Source: a virus. From it: a stretch of DNA of 64,000 nt. A model generated the notes under the pieces. The model was not told the DNA's origin, did no database searches, and saw only the letters and a program-made list of their open reading frames with translations. Each line of letters starts with the position of its first letter. Within the stretch, counting starts at the first letter, position 1. Positions 56,368 to 64,000 of the stretch are shown piece after piece. The DNA is taken from positions 1-64,000 of IMG/VR virus record IMGVR_UViG_3300046012_000505; one strand, 5' to 3'. Both the position numbers and the translations under genes were made by a program.

Positions 56368-59038
56368 GATCGAGGTCGACAACTTCGCGGGCGGCGGCGG
56401 CGCGTCCACTGGCATCGAGATGGCGACAGGGCGCCCGATCGCCATCGCGGTGAACCACGACGAAGAAGCCATCGCGATGCACGCCGCCAATCATCCCGAC
56501 ACGGAACATATGTGCCAGTCCGTGTGGCGCGCTGATCCCCGCGACGTGGCGCGCGGGCGCCCCGTCGGCCTCGCGTGGTTCTCGCCCGATTGCTTTCCAG
56601 CCGGCACAATGGTTCTGACGCGCGACGGCTACCGCGCGATCGAGGAGATTCAAGCCGGCGACGAAGTGCTCACGCACAGGCTGCGCTGGAAAAAAGTCAC
56701 CGAGACGCACCAAACCACCAAGCCTGTGCTGACGCTACGCGGGCACGGCCATCCAGGCTTGACCGTGAGCCATGAGCATCCGTTCTATGCGCGCCAGCGA
56801 CCGGCGCCGGTTTGGAACAATGATCGCCGGTCTTACGAGTGGAATTTGAACGAGCCGAGATGGGCGCCAGCATCGATGCTGGATCGCGGATGGTACTGGG
56901 GCACGCCGCGCCAGTTTCCCCCGTCAGAAGCTCCCGCCGTTGGCGGCCGCGGAATGATGGTCGACGAAAGCCTGATGTGGCTCGCCGGCCGCTATCTCGG
57001 CGATGGCTGGTCTCGCATCACAGAAACGCGCGCCGAACTTGTCATAATCTGCGGCAAGCATGAGCATCAAACCCTCCGCGCGACGCTGGAGGCATGGCCG
57101 CGCCAGGGTTACCGTGCGGGACACAACGAACTTGCATGGCATTGGCGCGAGGTCGAGACCGCCTATCAGGGATCAACCAATCATCGCGGCCTTGTCGAGT
57201 GGCTACGCTCGCACTTCGGTCACGGGGCCGGCACGAAGACCGTGCCAGCATGGGCCTTGGGTCTATCCGACCACCTGCGCCGCGCTCTGCTGCAAGGCTA
57301 CCTCAGCGCCGACGGCAACCGCGATCACGCCAAGGCTTTCGTCGAGTGCAACACAATCTCTAAAGCTCTCGCCTTCGGCATCAAGGCGCTGGCTAATAGC
57401 CTGGGTCACACCGCAGGAATCTATCTCAACAGCAATAACACCACTACCATCGAGGGCCGCATTGTCTCGGCGCAACCGATTTACAAGCTGCGCTGGCGGG
57501 ATGAAGTCTCGGCACTTCACGAGCAGACGCGCACCGAGAACGGCATCGAATGGTGTCCCATCCGTGAGCAGTCTGACACGGGGCAATCAGCCACGGTCTA
57601 TAACATCGGCGTTGAGGACGACGAGAGCTATATCGTCGAGGGGATCATCGTCCACAACTGCAAGCACTTCTCCAAGGCGAAGGGCAGTCAGCCCGTCAAG
57701 CGCAACATCCGCGACCTCGCCTGGGTGGTGATCCATTGGGCGAAGCTCGTGCAGCCGCGCATCATCATGCTGGAGAACGTCGAGGAATTCCGCGATTGGG
57801 GTCCGCTGATCGAGGGCGTCGACGGTAAGATGGTTCCCTGCCCGCTCCGCAAGGGGCTGACCTATCGCCGCTGGAAACGGGAGTTGGTGAAGCTCGGATA
57901 CCGCGTCGAGGACCGCGAGCTACGCGCCTGCGACTACGGTGCGCCGACCATCCGCAAGCGCCTGTTCGTCATCGCGCGGCGCGACGGCCTGCCGATCATT
58001 TGGCCGGCGCCTACGCACGCCCCTCTTCGGCTAAGCCAGGATGGCATCGTTACGGAGTGGGCACGCGGACATGGCCTGACACTTAAGGACATCCAAAACC
58101 TCAAGCCGTACCGCACCGCGGCAGACTGCATCGACTGGTCTATTCCTTGCCCGTCGATCTTCGAGCGCGATCGCCCGCTGGCCGAGAACACCATGCGGCG
58201 TATCGCGGCAGGCATCAAACGCTACGTGATCGACGCGGCCACGCCATTCATCGTGCCGGTGACGCACCACGGCGACAGCCGAGTCCACGGCATCGACGAG
58301 CCGCTCCGTACCGTGACCACGGCACCCCGAGGCGAACACGCCCTGGTGACGCCGTTCATCGCCCCGCGCTACGGCGAGCGCCCGGGCCAGGAGCCGCGCA
58401 CCCACGCCGCCGACAAGCCGATCCCGACCATCGTTCCGACCGCGAACGGCGCCCGGCTAGTCGCGGCGTTCATGGCGCAGCACAATACCGGGATGGTAGG
58501 CCACCCGATGACCAAGCCTCTCTCCACCATCATCCAACGCGGAACGACGCAGGGTCTCGTGACGTCCAACCTCGTCAAGCTGCGCGGCACCTGCAAGGAC
58601 GGCCAGCCAGTCGACGAGCCGGCGCCGACGATCACCGCCGGCGGATGGCACATCGGCGAAGTCCGCGCCTTCCTCATCAAGTATTTCGGCACCGACCAGG
58701 ATCCGCGCCTGGAGGAGCCGATGCACACCGTCACGACGCGCGACCGCTTCGGCCTCGTCACCGTGGCCGGCGAGGAATACCAGATTGTCGACATTGGGAT
58801 GCGGATGCTGACCCCGCGCGAGCTTTTCCGGGCGCAGGGCTTCCCGGAATCGTACATCATCGATCCGATGTTCAACGGAAAGCCCCTGACGAAGACATCC
58901 CAGGTCCGCTGCTGCGGCAACTCTGTCTGTCCGCCGCTGTCCGAGGCGCTTGTCCGGGCGAATTACGTGCCCGATCAGGTCGCGCCGACGCGGCGCCGTC
59001 CAGCCGCCGTCCAGCCTGTCGTCGCGGCGCTGTTCTGA
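56351..59038 (+). CDS. DNA cytosine-5 methyltransferase with intein
   Basis: DNFAGGGGAS, SPD|C, LENVEEF, YGAPTIRKRLF, RMLTPREL..AQGFP, CGNSV. Confidence 0.92.
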   Translation: MKMQREIEVDNFAGGGGASTGIEMATGRPIAIAVNHDEEAIAMHAANHPDTEHMCQSVWRADPRDVARGRPVGLAWFSPDCFPAGTMVLTRDGYRAIEEIQAGDEVLTHRLRWKKVTETHQTTKPVLTLRGHGHPGLTVSHEHPFYARQRPAPVWNNDRRSYEWNLNEPRWAPASMLDRGWYWGTPRQFPPSEAPAVGGRGMMVDESLMWLAGRYLGDGWSRITETRAELVIICGKHEHQTLRATLEAWPRQGYRAGHNELAWHWREVETAYQGSTNHRGLVEWLRSHFGHGAGTKTVPAWALGLSDHLRRALLQGYLSADGNRDHAKAFVECNTISKALAFGIKALANSLGHTAGIYLNSNNTTTIEGRIVSAQPIYKLRWRDEVSALHEQTRTENGIEWCPIREQSDTGQSATVYNIGVEDDESYIVEGIIVHNCKHFSKAKGSQPVKRNIRDLAWVVIHWAKLVQPRIIMLENVEEFRDWGPLIEGVDGKMVPCPLRKGLTYRRWKRELVKLGYRVEDRELRACDYGAPTIRKRLFVIARRDGLPIIWPAPTHAPLRLSQDGIVTEWARGHGLTLKDIQNLKPYRTAADCIDWSIPCPSIFERDRPLAENTMRRIAAGIKRYVIDAATPFIVPVTHHGDSRVHGIDEPLRTVTTAPRGEHALVTPFIAPRYGERPGQEPRTHAADKPIPTIVPTANGARLVAAFMAQHNTGMVGHPMTKPLSTIIQRGTTQGLVTSNLVKLRGTCKDGQPVDEPAPTITAGGWHIGEVRAFLIKYFGTDQDPRLEEPMHTVTTRDRFGLVTVAGEEYQIVDIGMRMLTPRELFRAQGFPESYIIDPMFNGKPLTKTSQVRCCGNSVCPPLSEALVRANYVPDQVAPTRRRPAAVQPVVAALF
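56591..57658 (+). mobile_element. Intein (356 aa) with LAGLIDADG homing endonuclease
   Basis: CFPAGT...HEHPF...WLAGRYLGDG...LLQGYLSADG...VYNIGV...IVHN|C. Confidence 0.9.
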
Positions 59039-59209
59039 GTATCGAGAGAAACCGCACCAAGCACTTTTTTCAATTATTTTTCGCTAATGAAATCAAGGGG
59101 CACGATTCAAAAAACCCTTGATATTGGCCTGTTTCTGCAATTTCCGAAAACTCGATATGCTACAATAGCACTGTCAGCCGGTGGAACGGCTGGCAGTGTC
59201 GAAAGCAAG

Positions 59210-59506
59210 ATGGAGATGAAAATGGGTTGGATTATGTTGCCGAAACCCGGAGCGAAAGATGGACCTTGCAAGGGGAATTGTAAACACCTCGATTGCAAGG
59301 CGACGAAGCAGGAGGCCGAATGCCTCTGCACGCATTGTCAGAAGCCGATCGGCTTCGAGACGAAGTTCTATATCGACCGCCCGGAGTCGGGCATCAGCGT
59401 CGTCGGCCAGCGCATCTACTCGCACTTCCTCTGCGCGATCAAAGCCGCCGACGAGAGGCGCAAGAAACTTCCGCCGCTCGACCTCGGCCATCTAGGCGCT
59501 ATGTAA
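59210..59506 (+). CDS. Cys/His-rich hypothetical protein
   Basis: GPC...C.H.DC...C..C.KPI...H..C; AT-rich upstream with TGCTACAAT. Confidence 0.55.
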   Translation: MEMKMGWIMLPKPGAKDGPCKGNCKHLDCKATKQEAECLCTHCQKPIGFETKFYIDRPESGISVVGQRIYSHFLCAIKAADERRKKLPPLDLGHLGAM

Positions 59507-59522
59507 TCGGCTGGCCGCGCTC

Positions 59523-60503
59523 CTAACCGGGCGCGGCCGCCGCCACAAATATCCGCGGTATCGCCCGGTAAGCCAACTTCTGCAGCGCTTCCCCGTGCTC
59601 TGTGCTATCGCCGGTCAGCCCCGTCGCCTCAATTAGCAGCCGGCGAGCGCGGCCAGATTTCCAGTTGAGTACGCAGCAGCCCGGCGCTCCGGCCGCGCCC
59701 GCCTCGTTCCACGCGGCCGGCGTCGCATACACCCTTACCGCTTTACCATCCTCGAGACGCTGTTCCGCATGAGCCCATCCGACGATGTCGAGTCCGCCTT
59801 CTCTGACCCACCACTTCGCTGGCTCTTTCGGATCCCAGGCGACGATATCGGCGACGTCCAGCCAGCGCGGCCGCGTGGCGACCGTGGTGCCGCACCACTC
59901 ATCGAGTACCGGCTGCATCGCCTCGCGAATGATCTCTACCGGGCAGTCCTCACAATCGGCCGCCAGCAGCGCCGGCTCGACGTGCTCGATATAGCAGAAA
60001 TCCATGAGCCACCGGGCGCGCCCTTCCTTGTCCGTTGGTGCTAAATTCAGCCACGCTAGGCGGTCCGCATACGACCACAACGACGGCTCCCGAGCTTCGT
60101 ACAGCGGCAAAGTCGCCAGCCAGCGCCCTTCCGGGTCCGGCTCCCAATACTTGCTTCCCACGGACGCGCGGACGGCTCCAAGCGGCATCGGCGCCGGCTC
60201 AGACGGCCACCAGGACGGCACGCCAGCCTCAAAACCCAAGTCGGAATCGACGATATCCGCGTGCGGTGGCAACAGCACGCCAGGCGCCATCGTCAGCGCC
60301 GCATCGAGCAGCTGTGGAAACGATTCAGCGAACCGCTTTCGGTTCCGTCGCGCCCATGCCTCCCACGCCTCGACGGCAATGGACGACCGCAGATTGCCGC
60401 TTCGTTCGCGTATCTGACCGTCGACGAGCCCGCGAATCGCGCGCCGAACCGCCAGGGCGCGCGACTGCTCGACCGTCAGCCCGCTACCCAAACAGCCCGC
60501 CAT
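59523..60503 (-). CDS. Hypothetical protein
   Basis: 326-aa ORF overlapping the end of the VRR-NUC gene. Confidence 0.55.
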   Translation of the reverse strand: MAGCLGSGLTVEQSRALAVRRAIRGLVDGQIRERSGNLRSSIAVEAWEAWARRNRKRFAESFPQLLDAALTMAPGVLLPPHADIVDSDLGFEAGVPSWWPSEPAPMPLGAVRASVGSKYWEPDPEGRWLATLPLYEAREPSLWSYADRLAWLNLAPTDKEGRARWLMDFCYIEHVEPALLAADCEDCPVEIIREAMQPVLDEWCGTTVATRPRWLDVADIVAWDPKEPAKWWVREGGLDIVGWAHAEQRLEDGKAVRVYATPAAWNEAGAAGAPGCCVLNWKSGRARRLLIEATGLTGDSTEHGEALQKLAYRAIPRIFVAAAAPG

Positions 60504-60882
60504 CGAGCGCCGCCTGCGCGTCCGCGACCGAGCGGGCGACGACCGCGACGCCGCCGAAATCCGTCACCATCGCGAGGAACCGCTTCTGCGCGTCAGACGC
60601 TCGCCCGGTATCTCCCTTGGTCTCGACCGCAACGAACCGCGCGATCGACCGCCCGACCATTGCCGGCGTAATCAGCACGCGCTGCAGCCCGATGATATCC
60701 GAGCCGCCCTCGACCATACCGGCCCGCAGCGGTCGCGGATTGCGGATCAACACCGAACCGTCCTGCAGCCGCGTGACATCGCCCGCCCAGCCCATGCCCG
60801 TGTTGACCCGGAACGCCCGCACGTCCGGCCGGCTGCCGACGGCCAGCAGGACAGATTTCAGGACCGGTGACTCGCGCGTCAT
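60484..60882 (-). CDS. VRR-NUC domain nuclease
   Basis: FRVNTG...GGSDIIG...FVAVETK...GRASDAQKRF...GGVA.VARS. Confidence 0.85.
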   Translation of the reverse strand: MTRESPVLKSVLLAVGSRPDVRAFRVNTGMGWAGDVTRLQDGSVLIRNPRPLRAGMVEGGSDIIGLQRVLITPAMVGRSIARFVAVETKGDTGRASDAQKRFLAMVTDFGGVAVVARSVADAQAALDGGLFG

Positions 60883-62330
60883 CCCGCGCGCCTTTGCCCG
60901 CGCAGGACGTGCATCGCCCAAGTGCGCCGGTACTTCTTCGCCTTCGCGATTTTGTAGAGCTTTTCGATGTCGGTCCCGGCCCAGGCGAGCGACTCCTTGT
61001 AGGTCATCGCCTTCAGCCGATCGGCTTCCGGGTCGCGCCGGAACTCGACGAGCTCGCCGTCGACCTGCTCGGGACCAGGGCGCCCGACGACCTTGAAGGG
61101 TTTGCCGCATGCCGGGCAGGCGGTCAGCGTGGCGGCGCAAACGGCGAAACACTGGTCGCACTGACGGATGGCCGGACCGTCCTCGCTCGCCTCAGACTTC
61201 CGCCGCTTCTTCCGCCCTTCCAGACTCCACTCGCGCACGTCGTCAGGCAGCCCGTGCATGTGGCAGCAGCCGGCGTGATCGAGCAGGATGGCATAGGGTT
61301 TCGGACCCGCCGCGATCGCCGCGCGCCGCCCCCCCACCGTGGTCAGATCAAATCCAGGCGCGTAGACCGGGCGCAGCACGCGGCCACACTGCTGCAGGAA
61401 CAGCCCGAGCGACTGGGTAGGTCGCAGCAGGATAGCCACCTCCGCGCCCGGCACGTCGTAGCCTTCGCCGAACAGATCGACGTTCGATAGACCCTGGACC
61501 TGCTCCTTCGCAAAGGCCCGCGTGCCGGCCATGCGCGTGCCAGGATCGGTATTGCCATCGATATGGAGAAACGAAAACCCGGCGCCCCCGAATTGCGCCG
61601 CGACGTGCTCGCTGTGCTTGATCGAGACGCAGAACACCAGGGCGCGCTTGCCGGCGGCGAGTCGGCGGTAATGGTCGACGGCATCGCCCGTAATTGTCGG
61701 TTTATCCATCGCCGCGACAAGCTCGGCCGCAACGTAGTCGCCCATCCGGGTTTGCACCTCGGCGAGGTCAGGGCGCGTCGGCGCGTACAGCCGATATGGC
61801 GAGAGATAGCCTTGCTCAATCAATTCCGCGACCGTCGGCCCGACGATGATTTCGCTGAAATGGTTGCCGAGCCCGCGACCATCGAGACGCTCCGGCGTGG
61901 CGGTCACGCCCAGCACAAAGGCGTTCGGGTACGCGGCCATGATCTTTTCCCAGGAGCCGGCCGCAGCATGGTGCGCCTCGTCGACCACGATCATGTCGAA
62001 GCCCGGGTACTGATCCAGCCGGCGCACCAGCGTTTGCACGGACGCTACCTGCACCGCTCCCTTTCGGCCAGTCCGACCGCCGGCTATGACGCCGTGTTCG
62101 ACGCCCATCTCGTCGAGCGCGCGGCTGGTTTGGTCGAGCAGTTCCTGACGATGGACGAGTATACAGATACGCTTGCCACGCGCCGCCGCACCACGGGCGA
62201 TGTAGACGAACATCACCGTCTTGCCGGATCCGGTAGGGCTCACGGCCAGCACGCGCCGCTTGCCGGCAGAGAAGGCTGCTCGGATCGACGTAACGAACGA
62301 AGTCTGGTAGTCGCGGAGGTCGAAACTCAC
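60879..62330 (-). CDS. SF2 DEAH-box helicase with C-terminal Zn finger
   Basis: LRDYQ, SPTGSGKT, VDEAHH, GVTATP, QQCGRVLR. Confidence 0.92.
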   Translation of the reverse strand: MSFDLRDYQTSFVTSIRAAFSAGKRRVLAVSPTGSGKTVMFVYIARGAAARGKRICILVHRQELLDQTSRALDEMGVEHGVIAGGRTGRKGAVQVASVQTLVRRLDQYPGFDMIVVDEAHHAAAGSWEKIMAAYPNAFVLGVTATPERLDGRGLGNHFSEIIVGPTVAELIEQGYLSPYRLYAPTRPDLAEVQTRMGDYVAAELVAAMDKPTITGDAVDHYRRLAAGKRALVFCVSIKHSEHVAAQFGGAGFSFLHIDGNTDPGTRMAGTRAFAKEQVQGLSNVDLFGEGYDVPGAEVAILLRPTQSLGLFLQQCGRVLRPVYAPGFDLTTVGGRRAAIAAGPKPYAILLDHAGCCHMHGLPDDVREWSLEGRKKRRKSEASEDGPAIRQCDQCFAVCAATLTACPACGKPFKVVGRPGPEQVDGELVEFRRDPEADRLKAMTYKESLAWAGTDIEKLYKIAKAKKYRRTWAMHVLRGQRRAG

Positions 62331-62606
62331 CGACTCACCCGCCCCTCAGCCGGACATTCTCATACCGAAGCCCGCGATACAGTTCCGCCTCTCTCCCCAG
62401 ATCCGCCGGCGTCAGCGTCTCCGGCGCGCTGTACGGATTTCCCGCCGCCCGCTCATGCACCCGGAAATGCGCCGGCGAGCAGAATCGCCGGGTCTTGTAT
62501 TTGCTCGCCGGCTCGTTCGGCCGCCGGGGAATCGCCTCGCCGCAGTGCTGGCAGAACCGCACGGCGTAGGGTACGGCGCGCGGCGACGCGGCGATCGGGT
62601 CGGAGG

Positions 62607-62933
62607 TCACGGGATTTCTGTCTCGACGCGACGGAGGCAGTCCACGGCGGCGCCGATGACGGAGGCCGGCGCGCCCGATGGTTCGCGACCTACGCCAGCG
62701 GCGATATCGGCGAGCGAGTCGCCGTGCTGCAGGCAACGAGAGACGAGAACGGCCACGTCGTCGAGGAGGTGATCCCGCTCGCTGCCGACCTGGCCGCCGC
62801 CACGCAGGAATGTTTCGACGATTCTGCCGTCGCGCGCGAAGCCAGCTGTGACATGGATGCGCTTGCCGCCATCGAGCGGCCACCGAATGTTGTCAGTTGC
62901 GTTGTTGCGCCGATCCGGCGGACGCTCTCTCAT
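62607..62933 (-). CDS. TSCPD-like domain protein (resembles class II RNR C-terminal region)
   Basis: RERPPDRR...DGRIVETFL...AVLVSRCLQHG. Confidence 0.6.
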   Translation of the reverse strand: MRERPPDRRNNATDNIRWPLDGGKRIHVTAGFARDGRIVETFLRGGGQVGSERDHLLDDVAVLVSRCLQHGDSLADIAAGVGREPSGAPASVIGAAVDCLRRVETEIP

Positions 62934-63148
62934 CTCGCTTTCCTCGAATAATTCGGGTGAGGAATGCCCTTCATCGCCCGCGCGCCGCCGCGCGACCGCA
63001 GCGGGATGCCGGACGCCGCGAGATAGGCCCGAACGGGCGATTTTGTGTATCCGAGGATCTTCGCGACCTCGCGCATCGTCTTGCCCTCGCCGTAAAGGCG
63101 GATGGCTGCCGCGAGAGGGAATACACGGCCGAGGCGGGCGCGGGTCAT
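62930..63148 (-). CDS. Small HTH protein
   Basis: RLYGEGKTMREVAKILG....VR..L...GIPLR. Confidence 0.55.
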   Translation of the reverse strand: MTRARLGRVFPLAAAIRLYGEGKTMREVAKILGYTKSPVRAYLAASGIPLRSRGGARAMKGIPHPNYSRKAR

Positions 63149-64000
63149 GCCACCACCCCGGTGAACAGCGGAGCGTCGAGCCCGCTGAGTTTCGCGATGC
63201 GATGCCGGATGTCGGCCGCGTATTGGTCCTCGCGTTCGATCAGGATGCACTCGAACCCCTCGCGAAGGCAGGCGACGCCGGTAGTGCCGCTGCCGGAGAA
63301 CGGGTCGAGAACTAGGCCGCCTGGCGGTGTGACGAGGCGCGCGAGCCAGCGCATGAGCGCCACGGGCTTGACTGTGGGGTGCTTGCTGTCGCAGCGATCA
63401 TCGGCGTCGGCCTTGGCGGAGAAGAAGAAGCGGGCGGCGGAACTGCTACCGCAACCCGGGAAAGCCGCCAGCACATCATCGCTGCCATCAAGCAGCAAAT
63501 TTGCCGGCCAGCGCCCTGTCGGGTCGTAATTCTCTCGATCCTTCGAGAACTTGCCATAGACCCGATTTGTCATCGGCCCAGTGCCAAAATCGCCGTGCTG
63601 GTTTTTGCCCTTGCTCTCGACTTCGTCCCCGTCGCCGGCAAACTCGACCCTGCACCCGTCGATGTTCAGCGCGCCCGTCCCCCACTTGAGAACATTAGCC
63701 GCGACGGTCGATTCCGAGAGAGGCTTGCGCGCAAGGCAGATCGGCTCCCAAGCCGGTTTAATGGCAGTGCCCCACCCTTCCCAGATGGCGGCGTCCGCCG
63801 TGGCCGGCGCCGTCACCGCATGGGTATAGGTCCGGTCGCCCAACTTCTCCCAGGTGCCATCCTTGCCCTGGTCGGCGCCGGGCCGGATGCGACGCACGGT
63901 AGGACCTTCTTCGATGACCTCGCGCGTCGCACCAGCCGCCTTGTCGATTCCTTTGCTGACATCGTGAGACTTTGGGAATCCTGTTGCGAAGGCCCAGCCC
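63145..64000 (-). CDS. DNA N6/N4 methyltransferase, 5' end outside window
   Basis: TGFPKS, GWGTAIKPAWEPI, GRWPAN, HPTVKP, VLDPFSGSGTTG. Confidence 0.9.
   Translation of the reverse strand, partial: GWAFATGFPKSHDVSKGIDKAAGATREVIEEGPTVRRIRPGADQGKDGTWEKLGDRTYTHAVTAPATADAAIWEGWGTAIKPAWEPICLARKPLSESTVAANVLKWGTGALNIDGCRVEFAGDGDEVESKGKNQHGDFGTGPMTNRVYGKFSKDRENYDPTGRWPANLLLDGSDDVLAAFPGCGSSSAARFFFSAKADADDRCDSKHPTVKPVALMRWLARLVTPPGGLVLDPFSGSGTTGVACLREGFECILIEREDQYAADIRHRIAKLSGLDAPLFTGVVA

Overview
High-GC window from a tailed dsDNA phage or prophage. Gene content suggests a short-tailed virion and probably an alphaproteobacterial host; no host housekeeping genes are visible. Minus strand, right to left: DNA methyltransferase, SF2 helicase, VRR-NUC nuclease, replication NTPase with an iteron-like ori, serine recombinase, small accessory genes (MmcB-like nuclease, ACP, HslV-like, DnaJ), terminase small and large, portal, a 36-gene tRNA array covering all 20 amino acids, HNH, GroES-like co-chaperonin, scaffold, major capsid, tail and adaptor proteins, GNAT, an ejection protein with a Hint domain, and a giant DarB-like polyvalent protein running off the left edge. 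Plus strand: a cluster of small early genes and an intein-containing cytosine methyltransferase. The most striking candidate system is a translation-rescue operon (about 28290-32585). A sigma70-type promoter drives a leaderless 45-codon peptide using 33 different codons and 19 amino acids. It is coupled to a terminator/antiterminator switch ahead of the tRNA set. Inside the array is an ArfA-like ORF whose stop codon lies within a tRNA, so tRNA processing would make its mRNA non-stop. Other observations: a 15-bp palindromic operator at 11 sites, a CCC-UAA +1 frameshift, two SD-led genes overprinted in the DarB-like gene, and a basic-Gly-Gly motif shared by virion proteins. All calls are by eye; no searches were run.
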